DNA from: a virus
IMG/VR virus record: IMGVR_UViG_3300009425_000015
Span: 1-64,000 of that record
Length of the DNA stretch: 64,000 nt
Reading direction: 5' to 3' (one strand)
The notes beneath the pieces are model-generated. The model did no database searches and had not been told where the DNA came from. It saw only the letters and a list, made by a program, of their open reading frames with translations. The number at the start of each line of letters is the position of its first letter. The first letter of the stretch is position 1. Below, in pieces: positions 47,258-56,544 of the stretch. The position numbers and the translations under genes were made by a program.

Positions 47258-49328
47258 AGGAGGCTCTCATATACCCATGACTAAGCCCTCTAATATATCG
47301 GGGAGTGGTAGTGTTATCAGGCATATGCATAGGCTCATAGCATGCCAATATTGTAAAATCTTGAGACTTCCCTAGGTTAGCTGCCTCCTCTTCCTGTCGC
47401 GAATTGATACAGGCAGCCTCCTCTATCACCTCTTCGATGGCATCTGCAATCCGTTGTTCGCTATTCACGCCGACGCCACCGAGTTCATCTGTGTGTACTG
47501 CGCCGACATCTATCAACTGTTGGTAGCTATGCCTATTGCCCCTGTTACCAATAATAAAAACCATCCCGCCAGAGTGAGCCATGGCTCTTGCCGCATCGTG
47601 TGCAGTCCACTCATCACCTTGGGCAGGCTCGTCACCTAAGACGAAGATGATACGATGAGTGTGTTGACTTAAATCCACCTCCCAGGAATCTTGGACTCCC
47701 TGAATTTGGGCGAAGGGGCGGTTCGTACTCCAGAGAATATTATCTGGGACACCATCTTGATCCCAGTCAATCAAATCGTCTGTCAAGAATCTACCAATTG
47801 CGTCCAAAGTATTCTCTGAAGAGCCTCCCTGGTTGACAGTCCCAGCTAGTAAGTTTAATCGCAAAGTGTTCACGGCGTTCGACATGTCTTCGATGGGTAC
47901 CACTGGAGGATCTTCCACACCTGGTACGCAGTTGTCACCAGGGTTAAACAAATGGGGATCTGCCTCGTCGTCGTTACCAACCACAGCCAACATATAACAT
48001 ATGCCGTCGACGCCATTGTTGAAAAGTCTATTTACAGAATCTCTTGTAGCGTTAAACGCAGCACTGAGTTCATCTTCATTCATAGAGCCCGATACGTCGA
48101 CAATCATCATGACTGCCACGCTCCCTTGTTCAAAGTCCTCGTCGATGATTCCGTCGCAGTCGTCGTCGAATTCGTTGCAGCGCTCAATTCTTGGCTGTAT
48201 CTCCTGGACACACGTGTAATACCCAGTTTGCCTTGCTCCATCTTCCGCGTTACCTAGTTCGCAAAAAGATATTCCCAGGCGACAATTACCGCCGGCATAC
48301 TGGGGCCCGTCAGCTCGAGCGTCATAAAGAAACACTTCCCCGGTTAGAGCATCAGTAGAGCAGAGCTTTGTCAGTGGGCCTCCTAGGGGTCCTTCGTCGA
48401 TGAAGCCATCACAATCATCGTCGGCGCCGTTACAAACTTCCGGCTGAGGTACGTAATCTGGGTGATCACAAACGCAATCGCCATCGTCGAAATCCTCATC
48501 GATAATGCCATCGCAGTCATTATCAACAAAGTCACATAGCTCTCGAGGTGTAGCGCCGCATGCTCCACAGTCGTTGAGAAGCAGCTCATCGATTTGATCA
48601 TCGCAGTCATTGTCTTCACCGTCGCAGATTTCCACCGGGACGTCACCACATAGACTGCATGCATTAAGAACCCCCTCATCGACTGAATTATCACAATCGT
48701 TGTCTAAATTATCACACTGTTCCATAGTTGGCACTACTTGATTTTCACATTCCCCGTACCCGTAATACACTTCAATTCCAGCGTCTGTGGCTCTCGAAAG
48801 CTCTTGACATAGTGATATCCCAGGAGCGCAAACTCCGTTCTTAGAGCTTCCTAGCGTGCCAGTATAGCAACTTCTAAATAAAACCCCCGAAGGAGGTTCT
48901 CCTGCATCTGGAAGTTCAAACCTTGGAGACTCATTCAATTCGCCGTCGCAGTCGTTGTCAAGTCCATCGCAGATTTCGATACGAGAAAACATAACTGGAA
49001 CACAATCAGACCATCCGAGGGTGTTACACATCTCTATTCCATTGGCACAATTGCCTAATAAGCCAGGTACGTTGCATGGTTGGCGAGCACCAAGGGGCAG
49101 ACAGGGCGGGGGCGGAGGGGCTGCGTCGATGATGGCGTCCTGGATTGGCATCGCATCAAGGATGTGCACAGACTCATCCGGATCTACAAACGAATCTTTA
49201 ACATCTGGAATTTGCGTGTCTGGTACGCTAATTCCCGGCAAGATATCCGGCTCTACAGCAATCGTGTTATCTTTACACGATACAAAGCACAACGTCACCA
49301 GCAAATATATAATACTTTTCATCTTCAA
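47250..49328 (-). CDS. lipoprotein with ExCDGxDNDCDGxxDE repeats (MopE-related, myxobacterial type) and a VWA domain
   Basis: FVSC lipobox; six ExC...DxDCD...DE repeats; DVSGS MIDAS motif. Confidence 0.82.
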   Translation of the reverse strand: MKMKSIIYLLVTLCFVSCKDNTIAVEPDILPGISVPDTQIPDVKDSFVDPDESVHILDAMPIQDAIIDAAPPPPPCLPLGARQPCNVPGLLGNCANGIEMCNTLGWSDCVPVMFSRIEICDGLDNDCDGELNESPRFELPDAGEPPSGVLFRSCYTGTLGSSKNGVCAPGISLCQELSRATDAGIEVYYGYGECENQVVPTMEQCDNLDNDCDNSVDEGVLNACSLCGDVPVEICDGEDNDCDDQIDELLLNDCGACGATPRELCDFVDNDCDGIIDEDFDDGDCVCDHPDYVPQPEVCNGADDDCDGFIDEGPLGGPLTKLCSTDALTGEVFLYDARADGPQYAGGNCRLGISFCELGNAEDGARQTGYYTCVQEIQPRIERCNEFDDDCDGIIDEDFEQGSVAVMMIVDVSGSMNEDELSAAFNATRDSVNRLFNNGVDGICYMLAVVGNDDEADPHLFNPGDNCVPGVEDPPVVPIEDMSNAVNTLRLNLLAGTVNQGGSSENTLDAIGRFLTDDLIDWDQDGVPDNILWSTNRPFAQIQGVQDSWEVDLSQHTHRIIFVLGDEPAQGDEWTAHDAARAMAHSGGMVFIIGNRGNRHSYQQLIDVGAVHTDELGGVGVNSEQRIADAIEEVIEEAACINSRQEEEAANLGKSQDFTILACYEPMHMPDNTTTPRYIRGLSHGYMRASYE

Positions 49329-49341
49329 CCTCTCCTAACTT

Positions 49342-50052
49342 CTATTTAAACTTCTCTTTATATGCTTTCACCGACTCTGGGAATAACTTTTCCGCTATTT
49401 CCATGCATGCGTACGCAACCTTTTGTATTTCCCATTGCGCGCCTTCGTGGACACGGAGAGTTATAAATTTCAATAAATTATGTAAGTTCACCGTGCCATA
49501 GTACTGAGTATACAGGCTTTGCGGCAATACTCCCCTAGCTTGCTCTCTGCATATGCCGCTATCAATCAAAGAGTTGTATAATTCAAGGCTTTTCCTGTTA
49601 TGAGCCGATACGGCAGTCGAGGCAAGATACGAAGGGGTTGGGCACAACTTTAGATCAGAGTTATGCTTGGCTATATCAGGATTTATAAGCTCCTCAGTGC
49701 TAGCCTGCCTATTCGACTTATGTTGGCTTCTAAACTCGCATGGCTCGTAAAACGACATGTCGATGCTTGTATATCTGCGACTAATTTCATTGTAAGCCCA
49801 AGTACGGTGTCGGTGATGCTGGCTCCGAATAAATAAGGGTACGGTAAACCGCATCGTGACAGTGCAATGCTCGAAGGGGCTGGTATGATTGTGTTCCATA
49901 AGATACTTGATAAGCTTTACATCTTTCGGCTTTAACTCATCTCGTGACGCCCCGAACGAAACGCGGGCTGCGTTGACAACTGATAAATCATCTCCCATGT
50001 GGGAGATATATTCCACAGCACCAATATCGTCGCCGTACAGTTCAACCCTCAT
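49342..50052 (-). CDS. thyX: flavin-dependent thymidylate synthase
   Basis: AARVS, HTSPFE, RHR...NEISRRY, REQARGVLP, AQWEI. Confidence 0.95.
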   Translation of the reverse strand: MRVELYGDDIGAVEYISHMGDDLSVVNAARVSFGASRDELKPKDVKLIKYLMEHNHTSPFEHCTVTMRFTVPLFIRSQHHRHRTWAYNEISRRYTSIDMSFYEPCEFRSQHKSNRQASTEELINPDIAKHNSDLKLCPTPSYLASTAVSAHNRKSLELYNSLIDSGICREQARGVLPQSLYTQYYGTVNLHNLLKFITLRVHEGAQWEIQKVAYACMEIAEKLFPESVKAYKEKFK

Positions 50053-50380
50053 TAATGCCTCGAAGTATCCCAACTACATAATTTTCTAATATGAGGTAAT
50101 TTGTTTTGTTATCAACATTTATCTCTTCAATCATGTTTCTGTCCACAATTACTAGCTTTTCGGCAAAAGTGCCGCGACGTAATTTTCTAAAGTGCTCTGA
50201 ACAATCGGGTGCGACATCAACCACCGTCGCGACAATGTGTCGCGACTTAGGGGGCTCATAACCCTCAGGCAGTAGTACAGCACTAGACGACTCTTCCAAC
50301 TTAGGTTCATAATGAGGCACAATCAGAAAATGACGATTGACTGGCTTAAGTGATTTAGGTATTTTAGCCATTTTTGCCAA
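50042..50380 (-). CDS. groES: co-chaperonin GroES-like protein
   Basis: LKPVNRHFLI, VLLP, ATVVDVAP, YLILENYVVG. Confidence 0.7.
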   Translation of the reverse strand: MAKMAKIPKSLKPVNRHFLIVPHYEPKLEESSSAVLLPEGYEPPKSRHIVATVVDVAPDCSEHFRKLRRGTFAEKLVIVDRNMIEEINVDNKTNYLILENYVVGILRGINEG

Positions 50381-50657
50381 CCGTCTTCTTCACGTGCTCT
50401 ACGAAATCTAATAATTGCTCGATGTCCGTGTCGCTCTTCATCAAGCGGTATGCTTTGACAGCCATAGAAATCTCCTCCTTCGTAAGCCATCCGTTCTCTA
50501 CGTAGTTTGCCTTGAGATCTCTCTTTGACTCTTTGTATGGTTCCATAGCGTCCTCGAGGGACACCATCATTTTAATATATTCTGTGATATACCCTTCTTT
50601 CTGTTCCACACTCATGGTGGTAGTCTCGTCCCTAACAACTGATAAATTCGCAGCCAT
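50364..50657 (-). CDS. small helical DNA-binding-like protein (T4 DsbA / GapR-like)
   Basis: LEDAMEPYKESKRDLK...AVKAY pattern. Confidence 0.5.
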   Translation of the reverse strand: MAANLSVVRDETTTMSVEQKEGYITEYIKMMVSLEDAMEPYKESKRDLKANYVENGWLTKEEISMAVKAYRLMKSDTDIEQLLDFVEHVKKTVGKNG

Positions 50658-50714
50658 TTTCTCTCTCCTTTTGTGTTATTTCTTTATATATATTAGCACT
50701 AATTTATGAAAATA

Positions 50715-51341
50715 TCAAGTATTTTTTAATACTTTTTTGGCAATTGCTTTAACTGCCATCCTTTCGTTCTTCGAAAGCTTCTTATATGTCTCGAGCCCTT
50801 CGCCAAAAGTGAAGGGGCGGTTTTTAATTTTTGTCATGAACTCTTTCTCTCTACCGAAATCGCGTCGGCCGACTGCTACCTTCTTACCATACCCTGGAAA
50901 CTCAGAATTGTTGGTACCATACAAATAAGCTCCTTCTCCGCCTTGTGGGATCACCAACACTGAGTCTTGGCAATATTTTTCACCCAAAGTTGTTATGGAA
51001 TGCACAAAGCTAGGATCATCGTTGAGGTTAACCACGAAATAGCTATCTTCGCTTACTTCGAATGCTTCGGGCGTATCATAGTCCTCGATGTAGGAGCCAT
51101 TCGCTTTCGTAACTCCGTATCCCAGAGATAAGAGTGTTGCCTTCAAGTCACGATTCCTTGTGAGGTTAGTGTCTTCCTCCGAAGGGTAATCTGTGCCATC
51201 TGCGCACTTGCTAGCATCTGAAATATCTCCCCTGAAAGCTGTTATTGTTGCAGTTTCATGCTTTTCCATATGTGAGTGTACACGTGTTAAAGAAGACTCA
51301 GACAAAAACTTCCTCCAGACTCCCAATACTGTTGACATCAT
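50715..51341 (-). CDS. SAM lyase (T3 SAMase)-like protein
   Basis: ITAFR, NLTRNRDL, GSYIE, SEDSYFV, YCQDSVLV in the same order as T3 SAMase motifs. Confidence 0.6.
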   Translation of the reverse strand: MMSTVLGVWRKFLSESSLTRVHSHMEKHETATITAFRGDISDASKCADGTDYPSEEDTNLTRNRDLKATLLSLGYGVTKANGSYIEDYDTPEAFEVSEDSYFVVNLNDDPSFVHSITTLGEKYCQDSVLVIPQGGEGAYLYGTNNSEFPGYGKKVAVGRRDFGREKEFMTKIKNRPFTFGEGLETYKKLSKNERMAVKAIAKKVLKNT

Positions 51342-51631
51342 GACTGCAGCTCCGCAAAACGCTTAATTTCTAAAAGTGTCGACACTTCTTTTTCTAAATT
51401 AATTTGCACCAACTTGTCGACACGATACTCATATAAGCCGCAATCTGTACCATCGTTTCGTAACTTATTTGTATTTTTTATGACACTTTCGTAGGCTGTG
51501 TCGTTGAACCATCTTACTTTTGCATATGTCCACGGCACGGATAATCCCTCATCTTTTTCTCGAAGGGACAGTACGATACCATACCTCCGAATACTATGCC
51601 ATTCATTGAATATAACTTGTCCTACCTTCAT
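51338..51631 (-). CDS. SH3/KOW-like protein
   Basis: MKVGQVIF...GIVL...VRW. Confidence 0.65.
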   Translation of the reverse strand: MKVGQVIFNEWHSIRRYGIVLSLREKDEGLSVPWTYAKVRWFNDTAYESVIKNTNKLRNDGTDCGLYEYRVDKLVQINLEKEVSTLLEIKRFAELQS

Positions 51632-52197
51632 ACTTCCCCTCTTTCGCCTTCTGGCAATTCTTTATAAACCTCAATATGCTCAAACCACGCAACCACCGGA
51701 ATTGAACCGTGGCTTATTGCGTAGTGTATTCCTTTGTATATTTTTGACGAACTATCTCTTATCGGTACAAAATGCTCTTCGTATCCGGGTGTTGCCTTGT
51801 CTTTTCCAGCTAAAGCTTTTAAGACTTTGTGTATGTCAGGGACAACTTGGCCAGTTGCCTTTTTCGACTTTTTAAGCAAGTCTTCAACATCAACCCTTAT
51901 GTCGTAAATATCACTAGCTGGTACTTCTGCAGTGAATAGCGTGCCGCTGGCGATATTTCTCTCTGTTTTTTCCTTATCTAGATAAAAGAAAACTCTTGGA
52001 AAGGTAGAAGCATTATACTCATTCTTACTATAACTGTTTCTGTTGGTGACGAACCTGTTCGGGTCTAACACCAAACTATCAGCAGATCGTACCCTGGAGT
52101 AGTGAAACAACTTTACCATATCGGAATGGACATAGTCCTTAAATTGTTCTTTTAAAATATACTTGTTCCAGTTTTCAAAGACTTCATCCATAACCAT
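51628..52197 (-). CDS. hypothetical protein
   Basis: FENWNKYILKE N-terminus; LFHYS...RVFFY. Confidence 0.7.
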   Translation of the reverse strand: MVMDEVFENWNKYILKEQFKDYVHSDMVKLFHYSRVRSADSLVLDPNRFVTNRNSYSKNEYNASTFPRVFFYLDKEKTERNIASGTLFTAEVPASDIYDIRVDVEDLLKKSKKATGQVVPDIHKVLKALAGKDKATPGYEEHFVPIRDSSSKIYKGIHYAISHGSIPVVAWFEHIEVYKELPEGERGEV

Positions 52198-52203
52198 TAC
52201 CCC

Positions 52204-54072
52204 TTATAAAAATTTAATTTCGCAGCTGCCGCCTGCGCAGGCTGCCTCCGCGGTTAACTGTGTATTATCATCGGACTCTACAACCCTAGTCAAATCGACA
52301 CGCGATAAAGACTTCATAAGCGCTGCATACCTCTCCACAGAACAGTCCTCAAACGGAGCTTGCTTATACGTTCCCCCGTTGAACGGAAGTACTGAAAGTC
52401 CGGTATAAGACTCCCTGTTTTCCCACATCCATTCTCCGACGTCTGTCCATTCAGAATCCTTGAGAGATATCGTTGCCGAAACATTGTGATTGTTCGGGCC
52501 TTTTCCTCCGCCAGGGAATACCCACTTTTGTGTAACCTCTTTAACACGTTTGAGCAATTGCAACGCTGATTCTGTCCTAAGTATTGCGCCAGATGGTGCT
52601 TTTTGAGGGACAGAAATAACCGCTGTATCATGAGGGCGGAAATACTCGTCCTCAACCAACTCTGGGTGATTTTTAAGCAAGAATGAGTAAATTGGTTCAT
52701 TCTTGCCTACACGAATTCTCCTAATATAGTAGTCGTTGTGCCATGCGTGAATGCCACTCGATGTGCCAAGGACTAATGACGTGGTGCCGGCTGGCTTAAC
52801 ACAGGTAGCTCTTGCTGCAGGAGAGATGCCTATAAGCTTTGCCACTAGAGCGTTTTCTTTCCTCACTACTGCTGCAGCGGCTTTCATATCTAAATCTAGA
52901 ACTTTTCCTGATGCAATACCAGTCATACTAACACCCAGCAAAGCATCCTTGTCAGTGTTCACTTGCCACACAGGACGTAGATAATGAAAATCTGTATATC
53001 CTGCCTGTAATGTCCCGATAAAGGATGCAATACGTGCGCGCTCTTCTAAGTCCTTCTGGTTTTCTACATCGCTGACGTTTATCTCCGTCAAATTACAAAA
53101 TTGACATGATCTCAGAGATATCTCATGACATGGGTTAAATCCTCGCTCTTTGTCATTGGTGAAAGAAAATCCTGGTTCCCCTGCCCCGCTAGCCTGAATC
53201 CTTTCCCATAATCCTAGGAACATCTCTTTAGTTATTCTATGCCGAAGAATAACAACCGAATTGTTAGCGCGGCCGCGTTGGGGGTTCTTCTCCCACCACG
53301 CTCCAGTCTTCGAAGATATCATGTCCTGATCGTCTGCGGAAAACAAAGATATCATTGCGGCGCGGCGGATGCCACCTGCTAATACTGCGTCTGCGACGTG
53401 GCACATAATATCATGAGCCTCTACGGATTCTAAGCGCTGTCCGTTTTCTTTGCCTTCGAGTATCCCTTTAATTTTCAACAAGCACTCTTTAAGGGGTTGT
53501 GGGCCGGGCGCTTTGCCACCAGAAGTGACGAGCCTTTCGCCCTTTTGTCGGATGTCGCCATAATCAAATCGAACATGGCTGCTCCTATACCCATAATAGG
53601 TTTCCATCAAAACCTTAACTGCGTCTGCCCAACCCTCAATGCTATCCTGTATGAGATATCGGTATGTCCTATTCGATGTTGGTTTTCTAACCTCTGGCAG
53701 CTTCTCGATATGGTGCTTTTGTACTGAAAAGCCTACACCTGTGCCGCCCAGCAACAAAAACATGGACTCGCTAAACGCCCTATAATCGTCCAATGCCACG
53801 AAGGCACAGTTAAATATCCTCGATGGGTTTATTTCAATTGGCTTTCCGCCGAACTGCATTGATCTCATCGAAGGGAGCACTTTTCTGTCATGAACCATCT
53901 TATACGCTTTTCTTATCCTAAGCTCCACTTCAGGAAACTTCTTAATGTGCATATTCATGTTTCTAGTTACCAATTCTTCCCAAGTCTCTCTTCTGTTCTC
54001 TGCAGGTAAGAATCTTGCGTACTTCATATGCACCGTGATATCAGATAATATTTCGTTAGACAATTCATTCAT
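52204..54072 (-). CDS. nrdJ: class II (B12-dependent) ribonucleotide reductase
   Basis: FNC, NPCHEI, CNL, KPAGT, C-terminal CAGGSC; no beta subunit nearby. Confidence 0.88.
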   Translation of the reverse strand: MNELSNEILSDITVHMKYARFLPAENRRETWEELVTRNMNMHIKKFPEVELRIRKAYKMVHDRKVLPSMRSMQFGGKPIEINPSRIFNCAFVALDDYRAFSESMFLLLGGTGVGFSVQKHHIEKLPEVRKPTSNRTYRYLIQDSIEGWADAVKVLMETYYGYRSSHVRFDYGDIRQKGERLVTSGGKAPGPQPLKECLLKIKGILEGKENGQRLESVEAHDIMCHVADAVLAGGIRRAAMISLFSADDQDMISSKTGAWWEKNPQRGRANNSVVILRHRITKEMFLGLWERIQASGAGEPGFSFTNDKERGFNPCHEISLRSCQFCNLTEINVSDVENQKDLEERARIASFIGTLQAGYTDFHYLRPVWQVNTDKDALLGVSMTGIASGKVLDLDMKAAAAVVRKENALVAKLIGISPAARATCVKPAGTTSLVLGTSSGIHAWHNDYYIRRIRVGKNEPIYSFLLKNHPELVEDEYFRPHDTAVISVPQKAPSGAILRTESALQLLKRVKEVTQKWVFPGGGKGPNNHNVSATISLKDSEWTDVGEWMWENRESYTGLSVLPFNGGTYKQAPFEDCSVERYAALMKSLSRVDLTRVVESDDNTQLTAEAACAGGSCEIKFL

Positions 54073-55445
54073 GTTTTTTTCTCCTTCTTGTAAGTGTTGT
54101 ATTTTTCCTTTAATAATTCCCTTTGGTGTTTTGCTGCGTTTTCTATTACATCACCCACAGTCTCACTTGTCGGTGGCAGTACTTTGATTTTGACATTACT
54201 AGTGTCCATGAAGATAGGAAAAATTAAACCGTCGGGCCCGTTCCTATTCTTAGCTACGAATATTCTACCCCCGTTTACACCCTTGTCTTTGATGGTTCTA
54301 GAGATTGTGAATATAAAATCTGCTACAAAACATTTGTTAAAAGCTTCCGATATGGACTCCATTGTTATAACTTCTGCATTTAATCCTGAGCGGTTAGTTT
54401 GTGACGCTGTCCACACAGGGCAACGATTTATTTGGGCTAATCCTCTCAACTCTTCATAAATAGTTTCTAGTTGATGTCTTTTCTCATCTTTTCGTGAACC
54501 TGCAGGTTTTATTAAATCTCCGTAGTCTACAATTATTATATCGGGGTCGAAGCCGCGCATTTTCATCTTTTCTAAATGATTCTTAATTGTCTGAATACTT
54601 GCCGATCTTGTTGGGTATTCCTTAACAATTAGCTTGCCCTCTATGCCTTGAATCTCTTCATATATCTTTTCCTTGAATGCCTTCAAGTCTGACAATCCTA
54701 CGCCGGTTATCGCGCTGTCATATCTACTAGCGACGATAGTGTCCGCTAACTCGAGCGTGTAATGAACAACGTTCTTTCCGTCTTTTAGAGCTTGAGCACC
54801 GAGGTGCACCAGCGCCATACTCTTTCCGGCGCCAGTGGGGGCTATTACTACCCCAAGTTCTCCAGAGCCCAAGCCACCGGTGCACAGAGAATCTATCTCT
54901 TTCCACCCTGTAGTAACTGGACTTCTTTCTTTTATTTCGAATCTTCTCTCAAAGTCAATATGATAATCATACCCAAAGTCGTTATCACTACCAAGTTTAA
55001 TAGCCTCATTAATAATCTCGCTAACCTCGTCAAATGACGACTTCTTTATTAAATCCACAGACTTAATAAGCGCCTCCTTGAGCTTCTGCTTTCGACAAAA
55101 ATCAAGCGCGACGTCCTTAATGTAATCAGAACCTTCAACTTCTAATTTAGTCGAAATTGTATGTGCGAAGTAATCGCGGATACGAACTTTTATCGCGTCT
55201 GTCTCTTCTCTTAATTCAGTCCTTACAACTGATAACATAATCTTTTGAGTTGGGTGTACGTTATATTTCTCTCTGTAATTCTTTATAAGTCCTACAAAAA
55301 CTCTCAAATATTTCAATTCTAAAAACTCGATGTCAAGAACCTCAAATATCTGATCAGCGAATGGTCTGTCTACCAGTATAAGCTGACATAAACTTTCTTG
55401 AAAAGATTTTCCATACTTGGAAAAATTTTCTTGTTCTTTGCTCAT
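54069..55445 (-). CDS. dnaB: DnaB-like replicative helicase
   Basis: APTGAGKS, TLE, IVDY, TASQTNR, KNRNG. Confidence 0.92.
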   Translation of the reverse strand: MSKEQENFSKYGKSFQESLCQLILVDRPFADQIFEVLDIEFLELKYLRVFVGLIKNYREKYNVHPTQKIMLSVVRTELREETDAIKVRIRDYFAHTISTKLEVEGSDYIKDVALDFCRKQKLKEALIKSVDLIKKSSFDEVSEIINEAIKLGSDNDFGYDYHIDFERRFEIKERSPVTTGWKEIDSLCTGGLGSGELGVVIAPTGAGKSMALVHLGAQALKDGKNVVHYTLELADTIVASRYDSAITGVGLSDLKAFKEKIYEEIQGIEGKLIVKEYPTRSASIQTIKNHLEKMKMRGFDPDIIIVDYGDLIKPAGSRKDEKRHQLETIYEELRGLAQINRCPVWTASQTNRSGLNAEVITMESISEAFNKCFVADFIFTISRTIKDKGVNGGRIFVAKNRNGPDGLIFPIFMDTSNVKIKVLPPTSETVGDVIENAAKHQRELLKEKYNTYKKEKKT

Positions 55446-55499
55446 TAAGTGCCTTTCTTTGTAAGATTAATTATAGCTCAATAGTAGCTAAAATGCAAG

Positions 55500-56480
55500 C
55501 TATTTGTTCGAATCTGAAACAATTCTATTAAAAGTTGTAAACAAGTCGAACAGCGAAACTTCCCCAAGTCCGTCTTTCATCATTTCAGTGCGGAGCCCAC
55601 TTTTGTTGAATTCTGGATGAAATTCTGTCATGCATTCTCGTACTTTAGCGTGTGTCTGAGCGGATAAAGACGGTACGTACAGCTGCATCATCTTATAGTT
55701 TTCCCTGACGATGCTTTGGTTCTCAACGACAGTGTGGTGCACCTTAAGCGGGGCATCTTGAGAAAGACAGTCTTTCACAATATCGTCTAAGAAATAGCTC
55801 TTCTCTTCAGATAAAAAAGGAAACCTCTTGGCGACGGTACCCATTCCCACGCCCATTAAGCCAGGCAAGTTATCGCTAGTGTCTCCAACCATCGCTTTCG
55901 CTAAGGCAAAGTTGCTTGGGTGTACACCGTATTTTTTAATGAGAGTTTTCTTATTCAATATCTCTTTCTGAGTTGGGCGGTATATCAAAGTTTTATCATC
56001 CAACAACTGAAAGAAGTCCTTATCCGATGATACTATTACCTTTTCCCAGTCTTCGTGTGATGGATGCTGGACAACTGCTGCAATGATGTCATCTGCCTCT
56101 ACGCCGTCTTCCAAAAGCTGAATTACAGGGGTACAATTCAAGTATTCCAATACTCTCGATAGTTGCCACAACTTATTTGTCGCTTCTTGTTCCTCTGTCA
56201 TAGTCCTTACATCTCTATTTAGCCTTACCCTGGCGGCGCGTGGGACAGGGGGAGAGCGCCCTGCTTTATAATTTTTGTTAATGGACTTTCTTTTTTTTGA
56301 TCCACCCTCACCGTCCCAGACAACAACCACCTTGTCAGGCTTAATTTTTCTAACTAGCGTATTCAAGATTTTAAGAAATCCCTTGCATCCGCCTACGGGC
56401 TGGCCATTCGCTGACATGCTAGGATCTACAATGTAAGATCTTGAGAATTGGTTCAATGCGTCTACTACCATCAGTCTCAT
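55500..56480 (-). CDS. 5'-3' exonuclease / flap endonuclease (T4 RNase H / PolA N-terminal-like)
   Basis: VVD, WDG, YKAGR, EADD, SSDKD, GDTSDNLPG. Confidence 0.92.
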   Translation of the reverse strand: MRLMVVDALNQFSRSYIVDPSMSANGQPVGGCKGFLKILNTLVRKIKPDKVVVVWDGEGGSKKRKSINKNYKAGRSPPVPRAARVRLNRDVRTMTEEQEATNKLWQLSRVLEYLNCTPVIQLLEDGVEADDIIAAVVQHPSHEDWEKVIVSSDKDFFQLLDDKTLIYRPTQKEILNKKTLIKKYGVHPSNFALAKAMVGDTSDNLPGLMGVGMGTVAKRFPFLSEEKSYFLDDIVKDCLSQDAPLKVHHTVVENQSIVRENYKMMQLYVPSLSAQTHAKVRECMTEFHPEFNKSGLRTEMMKDGLGEVSLFDLFTTFNRIVSDSNK

Positions 56481-56503
56481 TACTTTCTCCTTTTTAAAAA
56501 AAT

Positions 56504-56525
56504 AAGCCGCCTGTTAGGGCGGCTT
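56504..56525 (-). terminator. rho-independent terminator after recA
   Basis: AAGCCGCC-loop-GGCGGCTT followed by a T-run on the minus strand. Confidence 0.75.
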
Positions 56526-56544
56526 TTATAGTTAGGGGCACTAA

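Noticed and set aside
41924-54072. Inteins or introns in dnaE and nrdJ
   Set aside because: Lengths and motif spacing look normal; no intein termini or frame breaks were seen.
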